From an uncultured Planctomycetia bacterium (GTDB taxonomy: Bacteria; Omnitrophota; Gorgyraeia; 2-02-FULL-51-18), in contig CAYSKO010000004.1 in assembly GCA_964431835.1 (NCBI GenBank), positions 7,519 to 71,518 of the forward strand: a stretch of DNA of 64,000 nucleotides. Reading direction: 5' to 3'. The translations under genes were made by a program, and so were the position numbers. The notes beneath the pieces are model-generated. The model was not told the DNA's origin. It did not search any database and worked only from the letters and a program-made list of their open reading frames with translations. Positions 22,624 to 32,009 of this stretch are shown in pieces (the first letter of the stretch is position 1; each line of letters starts with the position of its first letter).

Positions 22624-23168
22624 CGGCGTCCCTTCGATTTCCCGAAGGCGCGGATGACGAATTGCTTGGCCATGTCGGAATTGATCAGAGAAAGACTTTC
22701 CTTTTCGGACATCTTCGCCTTTGTGACGGTGGCGCTGAGCGCCTCGTTCCAGAGTTTGCGGCCCGACTTCGCGTCCTTGACGAGAAACGTGACGTTCATG
22801 CGCGCGTAGCATTCGACCTTCGCCGCGTCGAGCGCGGCGGCGCCAATGCCGACGATCATGTCGACGGGATCGTGATCGGTCCACGAAAAGCCGGTGACGC
22901 GCGATTCGACGACCACGTCGGCTTCGGATTCGGACGGCACGACCGCGAAACGGACGCTTTTGCGGGCCGCGAGAGCTTCTTCGATACTCTTCTTGAACTC
23001 GGCGATCAGAATCTGGTCTTTTCCGGTCGCATCGACCGGAGGCGCCACATGAATCTTCACCGTTCCCCTGCGGGAGAAATCGGAGTAGAGGGTGTCTGCG
23101 TGCGCGAGCGCCGGAAAGGCCGTCGCGGCGAGGGCTAAGACGAGAGCGGGTATGACGTTCTTAATCAT
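22620..23168 (-). CDS. hypothetical secreted protein (signal peptide)
   Basis: ATG at 23166-23168 preceded by AGGAGA; product MIKNVIPALVLALAATAFPALAHA|DT... (182 aa). TTGA stop/start overlap with prfB. The track ORF 22620..23507 over-extends. Confidence 0.55.
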   Translation of the reverse strand: MIKNVIPALVLALAATAFPALAHADTLYSDFSRRGTVKIHVAPPVDATGKDQILIAEFKKSIEEALAARKSVRFAVVPSESEADVVVESRVTGFSWTDHDPVDMIVGIGAAALDAAKVECYARMNVTFLVKDAKSGRKLWNEALSATVTKAKMSEKESLSLINSDMAKQFVIRAFGKSKGRR

Positions 23169-23223
23169 CGGGTCTCCTAGGTTTAGGACGAAGGACGCAT
23201 CATAACACAGAGCCCGCGGACCA

Positions 23224-24441
23224 TCAATCGCCGAGAGGCAGCGAGATCGTAAAGGTCGCGCCCTTCCCTTCCTCCGAGCGCACGCCGATGTATCCTTCGT
23301 GGCGCCGGACGATGCCGTAGGAAACCGACAAGCCGAGGCCGGTACCGGGAGTCCGGTCGCTGCCGCCGCCGAGCACGCCTTTGGTGGTGACGAACGGCTC
23401 GAAGATCTTGTCGCGGAGAACGCGGGAGACGCCGTGACCGGTATCCGAGATCGAAAGAGACGCGCACCCCCGCCCTGAAGGCCTTTGGCCGAGCGGATCG
23501 GCGCCACAGACGTCCGCTTCCGCGCACCCGCAGCGGACGAGAGCGACGCTGAGCGTCTTCTCCTGGGCCCCTTCCATCGCTTCCACGGCGTTGCGGACGA
23601 GATGGACGATCACTTGCGAGAGTTGCCCCGGATACCCGCGGAAAACTGGAACGGGCGAAAGCCGCGTCTCGACGCGCACCCCCGCGTCCGAAATGCCCTT
23701 GGCGAGGAGTTTGAGCGTCTGGTTTACGACCTCTTCGAGCCGAACTTCTTCTTTTTTTTGAAGTTCTTCGCGGCGCGAGAAATCCATGAGCGCCTTGGCA
23801 ATGCGACCTCCGCGCCGCGTGCATTCGACGATTGTTTCGGCCATTTTCTTCGAGTCTTCCGCGTCCGCCCCCGCGGTCAGGAGTTCCGCGGCCGCGCCGA
23901 TAATCTGGAGAACGTTGTTGAATTCATGCGCGACCCCGTTGGCCAGCGTACCCACCGCAGACATTTTCGTCGAGTCCAGGAGCGCGGACTGGGTGCGCCG
24001 GAGCTCTGCATTCAGTTCCTTCTGCCGGTCTTGAAAGGATTTCAATCGGAGAAGCCCCTCGACGCGCGCGATCGTTTCTTCGGCGTGCGGCGGTTTCACG
24101 ATGTAGTCGCTCGCGCCGGATTTGAAGACGCGGACGCGGTGCTCGGGGTTGTCGAGCGAAGTGATGATAAGGAGCGGAAGGTCCTTGAAGCGCTCGTCGG
24201 CCTTCATGAGCACGCAAAGATCGAAGCCCTCGTTGTCCGGCATGAGCACGTCGAGGAAGACGAGGTCGGGCGTCCGGTCGCGCAGGACGTCCATCGCGCC
24301 GGCGGTGTCGGCGGCGAACTGGACCTCGTACTCGGGATGAGCGCCGATGAGGAGGGATTTCAGTCTTTCGCGGCCCGCTTCGTCCTGGTCGACGACGAGG
24401 ATGCGGCGCGCGCGTTTTTCGGGACTCCGGGAAAGCTCCAT
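23224..24441 (-). CDS. hybrid sensor protein: N-terminal receiver (REC) domain fused to HisKA + HATPase_c histidine kinase
   Basis: REC with phospho-acceptor Asp (VFLDVLMPD); HisKA H-box (VAHEFNN); G1/G2 boxes (DTGHGV, GTGLGLS). Confidence 0.8.
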   Translation of the reverse strand: MELSRSPEKRARRILVVDQDEAGRERLKSLLIGAHPEYEVQFAADTAGAMDVLRDRTPDLVFLDVLMPDNEGFDLCVLMKADERFKDLPLLIITSLDNPEHRVRVFKSGASDYIVKPPHAEETIARVEGLLRLKSFQDRQKELNAELRRTQSALLDSTKMSAVGTLANGVAHEFNNVLQIIGAAAELLTAGADAEDSKKMAETIVECTRRGGRIAKALMDFSRREELQKKEEVRLEEVVNQTLKLLAKGISDAGVRVETRLSPVPVFRGYPGQLSQVIVHLVRNAVEAMEGAQEKTLSVALVRCGCAEADVCGADPLGQRPSGRGCASLSISDTGHGVSRVLRDKIFEPFVTTKGVLGGGSDRTPGTGLGLSVSYGIVRRHEGYIGVRSEEGKGATFTISLPLGD

Positions 24442-24488
24442 CGAAGAATTGTAACGTCCGTCCAGGGGACTGTCAATTCGCCCCGCGA

Positions 24489-25499
24489 TTAGCCTGGAAC
24501 GACGCGGGGGTCGGAAAGAACGTGGGCGATCAGATCTTTCTCGGCGACGCCTTCGGCCGCGAGAGCGCGTCCGGCGGCGTTATTGGCCAGGTCCATCCGG
24601 CTGTCTTCGGCCGATCCGGGAGCTCCGTCTTCGTGTGCCGCGGTTGCTCGCTCGGAGAATTCGGGGTCGAACGCCCGGACGAGCAGCCAGCTCCAAAGAA
24701 CGTGACGGTAGGCGTCCTTCGGAAATGCGGGATCGGTCCGAACCGCCGTCTCGGAGGCGGTTACGGCACGGTCGCGGATCCGAAGGAGCTCGGGCGCCTG
24801 CAAGGGATGGCGGCGGACGAACTCGATCTCCGCGTCCGTGAGCGGCTCGCGGAGCGACGACGAGATCCGCTTCATGTCCGTCCGGTCGATGGCGAGGAAA
24901 TAACGTCCGTTTTCGGAGTACGAACTCAAGCGGCCCTCGAGTTGGACCGCCTTCGAGAGGCGGAACACGCAGCGTCCGTCGAAGCCGAAAGGCACGGAGG
25001 TCGACCCCGAGCGCACGAGATCGCCGAGACCGCGGAACACGCGCCCCGCTTCGACCGCCGCCTCGCGCGGACGGAGCGGATTCATCGGTAGGACGAAACG
25101 CATCGACCGGCCGACGATCCGGTCGTCCGGACGAAGGGGATCGGCGGGCCAAATGCGGATTCCCTGGAGGCGGAGCTCGAAGACAGGCCCCTTGAAGCTC
25201 TCAAGCGCCAGCGTGGCCCGCTCGACTCCAATTAGGTACTCGAGCCCGAATGATTCGGTCCCCTCGCGCGCGAACCGTACGCGGGCGGAAAAATTCTCCC
25301 AGTGTACCGCGTCAGGAGAATCCAGGCGAACCGCCGTGAAACGGGCAGCCTGCATCCGGAATCCGAGCCGCTCGGAATTCGCCACGACAGAACCGAGCGC
25401 GCGGCGCGATGCCGCATCGAGCGAATAAGCGACGAGGAAATAAAGCCCCAGCACCAGCGCGCAGCACGCGAAGACGACGACCGGAAAAAGACGCCTCAC
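24489..25499 (-). CDS. hypothetical membrane-anchored protein
   Basis: 336 aa; N-terminal TM/signal anchor (VVVFACCALVLGLYFLVAY); no recognisable family. Lies between uvrC and the REC-HK gene on the same strand. Confidence 0.5.
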   Translation of the reverse strand: MRRLFPVVVFACCALVLGLYFLVAYSLDAASRRALGSVVANSERLGFRMQAARFTAVRLDSPDAVHWENFSARVRFAREGTESFGLEYLIGVERATLALESFKGPVFELRLQGIRIWPADPLRPDDRIVGRSMRFVLPMNPLRPREAAVEAGRVFRGLGDLVRSGSTSVPFGFDGRCVFRLSKAVQLEGRLSSYSENGRYFLAIDRTDMKRISSSLREPLTDAEIEFVRRHPLQAPELLRIRDRAVTASETAVRTDPAFPKDAYRHVLWSWLLVRAFDPEFSERATAAHEDGAPGSAEDSRMDLANNAAGRALAAEGVAEKDLIAHVLSDPRVVPG

Positions 25500-26941
25500 G
25501 CCGCGTCTTTCCGGGGACCGAGCGCCCGCAGGATCTCCTCGGCGGTTTTCTCGCCGATGCCCGCGCGCTCCGCGATCTCGCTCGCGGGCAGCGAGCGGAT
25601 CTTCCGGACCGAACCGATGCGCTTGAGAAGCCTGTCCTTCGTGACCGGACCTACTCCGGGAATCTCATCGAGCGCGGAGACCATCGCTTCTTTCTTGTGC
25701 AGCCGCCTGTGGTACTGGATGGCGAACCGGTGCGCCTCGTCCCGCAGATGGCGCACCACTTGGAGCGCCTGCGACGTGGGCGGCAGGACGTAGGGGCCTT
25801 CCCGGTCGGGCTTGAAAAGGTGTTCGTGCTGCTTTGCAATGGAAATGACGGACAAATCCTGGAATCCGCCGGCGTCGAGCTCCGCTTTCGCGGCCGCCAG
25901 ATGGCCCCTGCCCCCGTCGATCACCACGAGATCGGGCATCGGCCACCCTTCGGCGTGCACGCGCGAATAGCGGCGGCCGACCACCTCTCTCATCATTTTA
26001 TAGTCGTCGATGCCGGTCACGGTCTTGATGCGGAAGCGGCGGTACTCCGAACGCGCGGGCTTGCCGTCGACGAACACGACCATCGATCCGACGGCCTCTT
26101 TCCCGTGAATGTTCGAAATGTCGAAGCACTCGATGCGACGCGGCACCTCTTTCAGCTCGATCGCCGCCCTTAGTTCCTCCAGGACGATATTGCCCGAGGG
26201 ACGCAAGGACGGCGTCGGCACCGCCGAAAGCGCCTGGATCTCGACGAAAAGCGCCTGCGCTTTCTCGTACTCCCGGTTTTTCGAGTGCTCCTTCATGCGC
26301 CGCGCGAGATTCCGCACGAGCGCGTCGCGGCGGCCCAGAAGGAAGGCCTCGAGCTCCTTCACGGTGTCATTGTAGCTGTCGCCCGTCTGCTTGGCTTCGC
26401 ACGGCCCGCCGCACTGGTTCAGGTGGTACATGAGGCAGAGGCGTTTCGGAAGGGTCCGGCAGATGCGGAGCGGAAACTGGAGCCGGAGCATGCGGACAGC
26501 CTGGCGCAGAAGCTTCGCGTTCGTGTACGGACCGAAATATTTCGCGCCGTCCGCCTTGCGGCCCCGGGCGACCAAGAGCCGCGGGTATTCCTCGTTCGTG
26601 ATCTTGAGGTAAGGGAAGCTCTTGTCGTCCTTGAGCTCCTGGTTGTACTTCGGCATCGCCTCCTTCACGAGGCTCGCTTCGAGGAGGAGCGCTTCGGCTT
26701 CGGTCGGCGTCTCGATGAAATCGACGCGCGAAACCTGCGAGAGCATCACACCCTCCTTGCCGAAGCCTTCCCCGTAGAAACGGAAATGGCCCATCACCCT
26801 CTTCCGGATGGAGAGCGCCTTGCCGATGTAGACGGGCTTCTTGTTGTGGTCGCGAAAAATGTACACCCCGGGCCCGCCGGGGAGTTCCCGGATTCGGTTC
26901 TTCAGGTATTCAGGGATGAGCTTTTCCGTCGCCATGACCAA
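25496..26941 (-). CDS. uvrC: excinuclease ABC subunit C
   Basis: 481 aa; GIY-YIG (GVYIFRD...VYIGKA), UvrB-interacting UVR region, C-terminal endonuclease and HhH (IPGVGPVTKDRLL). Compact form. Confidence 0.85.
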   Translation of the reverse strand: MVMATEKLIPEYLKNRIRELPGGPGVYIFRDHNKKPVYIGKALSIRKRVMGHFRFYGEGFGKEGVMLSQVSRVDFIETPTEAEALLLEASLVKEAMPKYNQELKDDKSFPYLKITNEEYPRLLVARGRKADGAKYFGPYTNAKLLRQAVRMLRLQFPLRICRTLPKRLCLMYHLNQCGGPCEAKQTGDSYNDTVKELEAFLLGRRDALVRNLARRMKEHSKNREYEKAQALFVEIQALSAVPTPSLRPSGNIVLEELRAAIELKEVPRRIECFDISNIHGKEAVGSMVVFVDGKPARSEYRRFRIKTVTGIDDYKMMREVVGRRYSRVHAEGWPMPDLVVIDGGRGHLAAAKAELDAGGFQDLSVISIAKQHEHLFKPDREGPYVLPPTSQALQVVRHLRDEAHRFAIQYHRRLHKKEAMVSALDEIPGVGPVTKDRLLKRIGSVRKIRSLPASEIAERAGIGEKTAEEILRALGPRKDAA

Positions 26942-28476
26942 ATCTTCCTCGCTTCCTCTATTCTAAACCAAAAACAGGCCGCGAAGTAGACACCGACGCA
27001 CGCGGCGATGCCCAGAGCCAGGAGCGCGCCCTCGAGCGCCGCGCCGTGGAACGCCCGCGGCTCGAGCACCCAGCGGTCGTAAGCGAACGCGAGCCCGCCC
27101 ATAAGCGCAGCGGATGCTCCCATGGGCGCCGCCGCGGCCAGCACGCGGCGGCCTCCCAGCGAGCCAAGCCGGCGGCGGAGCGCCGCGTACAGGAGCGCCA
27201 TGTTCACGGTGGCCGAGATACTGGAAGCGAGCGTAAGGCCCCCGATTCCCATCGTGCGCATGAAGACGAGCGAGAGCGCGACGTTGAGCCCCACGGAAAA
27301 AAGCATCGTCTTCACCGGAGTGCGCGTGTCCTGCATCGCGTAGAAGGAGTTCACGAGGATCTTGATGTAACAGCAGGACAAAAGCCCGAACGCGTAGAAA
27401 AAAAGCGCGGACGAGGTGATCGAAGTCGAATACGCGTCGAACTTCCCTCTCTCGAAGATGATGCGCACGATCGGCCGGGACAGAGCCACGAGCCCGGCGG
27501 TTGCCGGAAGCGCGACGAACGCGAGCGTGCGGAGCGCCGTCTCGAGCGTCGCCTTGAACTCCTTCAGGTTCCCTTTCACCATCTGGAGAGAAAAAGTCGG
27601 GAGGATCGCCTGAGCGAGCGCGATGCCGAAGATCGCAAGCGGAAGCTGGAAGAGGCGGTTGGCGTAATAAAGCGCGGACTGGCCGCCCGCGCCTACGATC
27701 GATTCGAACGACGCGAGGATCGAGTCGACGAAGACGTTGATCTGGTAAAGCGCCGAGCCCAACGCACGTGGTAAGAGGAGCTTGCCTATCTTTTTCGCCG
27801 AATCGTCGAACGCGGGACGCGCAAAGCGGAAACCGCTCTTCACGAGCGGCGGGATCTGGCAGCCGAGCTGGAGCACCCCGCCCGCGAGAACGCCGAAGAC
27901 GAGCGCCATCGGGCCGTAACGCCCCTCGAAGAAGAAGCCCGCGGTGATCATCGCGAGATTGAGGAGGATCGGCCCCAGCGCCGAACTTGCGAACTCCTTC
28001 ATGGAATTGAGAACGCCCATCGCGAGGGCCGAGAGCCCGATCAGGAAGACGTACGGGAACATCACGCGCGTCAAACGTACGGTGAGCGGAAATTTATCGG
28101 GATCCGCCGATTCGGCGAACCCGGGAGCGAGCAGGGCCACGATGTTGGGAGCGAACACGACGCCGAGCACGGCCAGCGTCGCGAGTACCACGGTCATCGC
28201 CAGGAAAAGCGCCGTCACGAGGTTCCAGAAGGATTCCGGCTGCTTCTCACGACGTTCCGTCAGCACCGGAACGAAAGCGGAGTTGGCCGCCCCCTCGCCC
28301 ACGAGATCCCGGAGGAGGTTCGGCAGCTTGAAACTGACGACGAACGCCTCCGCCGCCATGCCGGTTCCGAACGCTGTCGCGATGACAAGGTCCCGGACGA
28401 AACCCAGGATCCGGGAGACGCCCGTCAAGGAGCCTATGATTCCGGCCGAACGGGCCAATTTTCGATGGGTTGACAC
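26902..28476 (-). CDS. murJ: lipid II flippase MurJ (MviN)
   Basis: GTG at 28474-28476 preceded by GGGGAG; product starts (M)STHRKLARSAGIIGSLTGVSRILGFVRD, a typical MurJ N-terminus; 524 aa polytopic. The track ORF extends 84 codons further upstream into the rpsT promoter region. Confidence 0.82.
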   Translation of the reverse strand: MSTHRKLARSAGIIGSLTGVSRILGFVRDLVIATAFGTGMAAEAFVVSFKLPNLLRDLVGEGAANSAFVPVLTERREKQPESFWNLVTALFLAMTVVLATLAVLGVVFAPNIVALLAPGFAESADPDKFPLTVRLTRVMFPYVFLIGLSALAMGVLNSMKEFASSALGPILLNLAMITAGFFFEGRYGPMALVFGVLAGGVLQLGCQIPPLVKSGFRFARPAFDDSAKKIGKLLLPRALGSALYQINVFVDSILASFESIVGAGGQSALYYANRLFQLPLAIFGIALAQAILPTFSLQMVKGNLKEFKATLETALRTLAFVALPATAGLVALSRPIVRIIFERGKFDAYSTSITSSALFFYAFGLLSCCYIKILVNSFYAMQDTRTPVKTMLFSVGLNVALSLVFMRTMGIGGLTLASSISATVNMALLYAALRRRLGSLGGRRVLAAAAPMGASAALMGGLAFAYDRWVLEPRAFHGAALEGALLALGIAACVGVYFAACFWFRIEEARKIWSWRRKSSSLNT

Positions 28477-28524
28477 GCCGCTCCCCTTTCCCGTAAAATA
28501 GCCCCTCCAAAACGAAAGGGGCTT

Positions 28525-28803
28525 ATGGCACATCGCAGACAATCGATCAAGAAGATCCGTATCGACAAGCGCCGCAGAGAGCACAACATCCGGGTCATCT
28601 CGGAACTCAAGACCGTCACGCGGAAACTTCAGGGTTTCGTGGCCGGCAAGAACTACGACGAAGCGGTGAAGCAGTCCCGCGTGTTCTTCTCGAAGCTTGA
28701 TAAAGCGGTCAAGAAGGGCATCCTGCACAAGAACCGCGCTTCCCGTCGCAAGTCGCGCGTCACGCTCCGGCTGAACGCTCTGAAAGGCGCTAAAACCGTC
28801 TAA
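28525..28803 (+). CDS. rpsT: 30S ribosomal protein S20
   Basis: 92 aa, highly basic, MAHRRQSIKKIRIDKRRREHN...; RBS AAAGGGG. Confidence 0.9.
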   Translation: MAHRRQSIKKIRIDKRRREHNIRVISELKTVTRKLQGFVAGKNYDEAVKQSRVFFSKLDKAVKKGILHKNRASRRKSRVTLRLNALKGAKTV

Positions 28804-28830
28804 CTCCGAGCAACGCGTTTTTTAAAGAGC

Positions 28831-28864
28831 CGCCCGTCCGGTCTCCGGACGGGCGTTTTTTTTC
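28831..28864 (+). terminator. rho-independent terminator after rpsT (GC stem 28831-28855 followed by T9)
   Basis: cgcccgtccgg tct ccggacgggcg then ttttttttt; also lies just past the holA stop on the opposite strand. Confidence 0.8.
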
Positions 28865-28865
28865 G

Positions 28866-29828
28866 TTAAGCGCAGAGCTCGAGGATGGCTTTCTCGAACG
28901 CGAGCCGCTCGCCCAGCCGGCCGGTCTTGATCGCCTCGTCGCACTCGAGGAGCGATGCCGCGAGCTTGGTCGCCTTCCCTCCGCGCGCCTGCTCCGCCTG
29001 CCTCACGAACTTGTCGACGAAATAAGGGTGCACTTTAAGCTCCCGGCCGATTTCGGCCGGAGACGCGCCCCGCTCCACCAGCGCCGCGCCGCGCCGGAGG
29101 CGCTCCACCTGCCCCGCGAGCACCGCCACGATCTCGAACGGGCGCGTGCCCTCCGAGAGGAGCGACGAGGCCATCGCGAGCGCGAGGGCCGGTTTTTTAT
29201 CAAGCACGGCGTCGACGAGCTTGAAGACGTCAGTCTGAAGCGAGCGTCCGACGAGCTGCTCGGCGTCCTTTTCCTCGACGCGTTTGCGCGGCGAAACGAA
29301 CACCGCCAGCTGCTCGATCGACTGGCACATTCCCGCCAGATCCTTTCCCGAACGCTCGAGAAGCACGCGAACCGCGCCGCGCTCGAGCTGGACGCCGGCC
29401 TTCTTCGCGCGGGCGTCGAGCCACGCAGGCATCTCGTTGTCGTACGGCGGGCGGCAGGAGACCATCTCGGCGCCTTCGGCGAGCTTCTTCAAGAAAGCGT
29501 CCTTGCGGACGTCCCCCTCGCCCGCCACGAGGACGAGCGCTGCCCACGACGGAAGCCCTTCCAGCGCGGCGACGAGCGCATCCCGGTCGTCGTCCTCGAG
29601 CTCTTCGACCTCGAACAAGACGGCCATGCGCTTGGGACTGAGAAAAGGGGCCGTCCGGACGAAATCAAGCGCGGTGCGGGCCGGCTGGGAAGAAGCGGAA
29701 AATTCTTGGTAATCGGAAGCGTCGGAAGCGGCGGGCAGGTTCTTCTTGCGGAGTTCGGAGAGCGTTTCTTTTTTGAGGAAGTCGTCTTTGCCGATGAGGA
29801 GCCAGGCGCTCCCGGCGGCCTTCACCAT
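28866..29828 (-). CDS. holA: DNA polymerase III subunit delta
   Basis: 320 aa; HolA-like; conserved lptE-holA gene order. Confidence 0.75.
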   Translation of the reverse strand: MVKAAGSAWLLIGKDDFLKKETLSELRKKNLPAASDASDYQEFSASSQPARTALDFVRTAPFLSPKRMAVLFEVEELEDDDRDALVAALEGLPSWAALVLVAGEGDVRKDAFLKKLAEGAEMVSCRPPYDNEMPAWLDARAKKAGVQLERGAVRVLLERSGKDLAGMCQSIEQLAVFVSPRKRVEEKDAEQLVGRSLQTDVFKLVDAVLDKKPALALAMASSLLSEGTRPFEIVAVLAGQVERLRRGAALVERGASPAEIGRELKVHPYFVDKFVRQAEQARGGKATKLAASLLECDEAIKTGRLGERLAFEKAILELCA

Positions 29829-30364
29829 ATCTCGACAGTGTTCTCGACCACACGGCGCGCGAGATCCTCGACCGCACGCGTCACGGCCTCGTCTTCGCTC
29901 ACCGCGCGCGAACCGGAAAGGAAGAAGGTCGTGTCGCCGGTGAGGTTGTTTTGTTCCCAGAGCGGCTTTCCGGTCCCCTTCAACGTCACTTTACAGCTCA
30001 CAACCACGTTCAGGCGGTACTCCTGAATGTCATCGTCCTCGCTGTAACGGAGCGCGTCCCGGCGGTAGTCGACGAGCTTCGCCTCCACTATCGCGTCCGC
30101 GGTCTCGGGGCCCGTCACGTTCAGGTGTCCGTCGAAGATGAAGCGGTTGATGATGGCGTTCGTCACGTCCACCTCGACCCCGGGGCGGTACGTCCGGAAG
30201 CGTTCGTCGGTGCTGACCTCCGCGGAGAGATCGATCGCATTCTTGACCGGCGCGACGTGGATGTTCTTCACGGTGTCGGGAAGATTCGATTTCGTCGTGT
30301 AACCGCAGCCCGCCGCGAAAAGGAAGGCCGCCGCGGACGCCGCCGCGAGGAAGCGCTTTACCAC
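29822..30364 (-). CDS. lptE: LPS-assembly lipoprotein LptE
   Basis: 180 aa; lipobox LFAAGC; LptE-like fold; immediately upstream of holA as in the E. coli leuS-lptE-holA operon. Confidence 0.7.
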   Translation of the reverse strand: MVKRFLAAASAAAFLFAAGCGYTTKSNLPDTVKNIHVAPVKNAIDLSAEVSTDERFRTYRPGVEVDVTNAIINRFIFDGHLNVTGPETADAIVEAKLVDYRRDALRYSEDDDIQEYRLNVVVSCKVTLKGTGKPLWEQNNLTGDTTFFLSGSRAVSEDEAVTRAVEDLARRVVENTVEIW

Positions 30365-31386
30365 GGCTTATACCACTTCTTCCCGGACTTGCCGGAGCCG
30401 CCGGACTTGTCCGCTTTCGGCTCACCCGTTTCATTCGCGACGATCTCGTCCAAACGCTTGCGCGAAGGCTGCGCGAAGGAGGTCTCCGGATACTTGGTGA
30501 CGATTTCCTGGTAATAGAGTTTCGCGCTCGAGGTTTTCCCGCGCTTGTCGTAGAACCCGGCGGTCTCGAAACTCGTCTCAGCCTTTTTCCGCCGGAGCAC
30601 TTTAATTGCCTCGTCGGCCTCCGCGTTCTGAGTGTTCTCCGGGAAGTCTTTCTTGAACCCCTCGAACTCCTCGATCGCGCGCTCGGCCGAGTTCTCGTTG
30701 TACTGATCCGAATCGGACGCCTGCATCGAGCAGTACGCGACCTGGTACTTCGCCTGCGCGATGAGCTCCGACTGTGGATATTCGTCGAGCACCTGCTGGA
30801 ACGCGCGCTGCGCTTCGTCGTACGCCCCCTGCATTTTATAGACTTCGCCCAGTTTGAACTGGGCCTGATCGCCGTAGGTTCCGAACGGCGCGTTCTTGAC
30901 GATGTGTTTGTAGAGTTCAATCGCCTTCTCCTGCCCCGAAAGCACCGGCACGCCGAGAACCTTCATGCGGGTGCCCGAAGCGAATTGGCCGGCGATGTCG
31001 TACTCGCGTTTCACGCCGTCCTTGATCCGGTCGCTGTAGGGATATTTGTCGATGAGTTTCTGGTATGCGTCCGCGGCTTTGGCGATATCATTCTTCTCTT
31101 CCCAGGCGAGGCCCGCGTGGTAAGCGGCTTCGGCGGCCAGGCGCGAATTCGGGAACGTGTTCATCAGCTTCTCGAACTCGGCGATCGCGCGGTCCCACTC
31201 GTTGCGGTTGAAGAATTCGAGAGCCCACGAGAATTGCTCTTCGGGCGTGTCTTTGGCTGCGCTCTTGGGGTTGATCCACTTGCCGATATCGGGGCTCCAG
31301 ACCCAGCCGGCGGAGGCCTGGGAGAGCGGCATAAAAAGGGCGATCAGGGCGATCGGAAAGGCACGGAAATAAGCGGTTTTCTTCAT
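30358..31386 (-). CDS. TPR-repeat envelope protein, BamD/YfiO-like (signal peptide, no lipobox Cys)
   Basis: Internal ATG at 31384-31386 gives MKKTAYFRAFPIALIALFMPLSQASAGW..., followed by several TPR repeats (about 342 aa). Confidence 0.5.
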   Translation of the reverse strand: MKKTAYFRAFPIALIALFMPLSQASAGWVWSPDIGKWINPKSAAKDTPEEQFSWALEFFNRNEWDRAIAEFEKLMNTFPNSRLAAEAAYHAGLAWEEKNDIAKAADAYQKLIDKYPYSDRIKDGVKREYDIAGQFASGTRMKVLGVPVLSGQEKAIELYKHIVKNAPFGTYGDQAQFKLGEVYKMQGAYDEAQRAFQQVLDEYPQSELIAQAKYQVAYCSMQASDSDQYNENSAERAIEEFEGFKKDFPENTQNAEADEAIKVLRRKKAETSFETAGFYDKRGKTSSAKLYYQEIVTKYPETSFAQPSRKRLDEIVANETGEPKADKSGGSGKSGKKWYKPW

Positions 31387-31436
31387 TTTTGATCCTTTTT
31401 CAAAGGCTCTAGCATACCCGCGGCAGCTTCGAGTTG

Positions 31437-32009
31437 TCAACGAATCCGATTCAACACGAGCTTAGCGAGCACATCGGCCTCGAGATTGACGCGTGTGCCA
31501 GGTTTAAGGCCCCCCAGCGACGTGACCTTGAGCGTGTGCGGAACGAGGTGGATCCAAAATCCGGGCTTCGAGACCTTGCCGAGCGTGAGACTCACGCCGT
31601 CGACCGTCACCGATCCCTTTTCCACGAGAAAACGCCGGATCGGAGCCGGAAACGACACAAGAGCGCTCATTCCCTTCTTTTCGGGAGTCAAACGCTTCAC
31701 GCGGCCGACGCCGTCCACGTGGCCCAGCACGAAATGTCCGTCCAGGCGGCTCGAAACTTTGAGCGGGCGCTCCAAATTCACGCGGTCCCCGTGTTTTAAA
31801 ATGCCGAGCGCCGTCCGTCGCCGCGTCTCCGCGACAACGTCGAAGCGGAGCGTGCCGGCCGAACGGCCGGCGACCGTAAGGCACGTGCCGTTGACCGCGA
31901 GGCTCGCGCCTTTTTTCAAACGCGCAAGGTTCCGCGGCACTTCGATCTCGAGCCGAGCGCCAGAGAACCCGCGGACTCGACCTGCCGCCTCGACGATGCC
32001 CGTGAACAT
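31437..32009 (-). CDS. ribE: riboflavin synthase subunit alpha
   Basis: 190 aa starting MFTGIVE...; ATG overlaps the ribD stop (TGATG). Confidence 0.88.
   Translation of the reverse strand: MFTGIVEAAGRVRGFSGARLEIEVPRNLARLKKGASLAVNGTCLTVAGRSAGTLRFDVVAETRRRTALGILKHGDRVNLERPLKVSSRLDGHFVLGHVDGVGRVKRLTPEKKGMSALVSFPAPIRRFLVEKGSVTVDGVSLTLGKVSKPGFWIHLVPHTLKVTSLGGLKPGTRVNLEADVLAKLVLNRIR

Noticed and set aside
26902-28728. 84-codon N-terminal extension of murJ, 67-codon extension of dnaG, and similar upstream extensions of murG, murD, ddl, ribD, ribH, mcsA, ilvE and mraZ in the ORF track
   Set aside because: The extensions run through upstream genes or promoters, are Arg/Pro-rich, and are followed by internal starts with RBS that give canonical family N-termini. 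Treated as ORF-caller artefacts.
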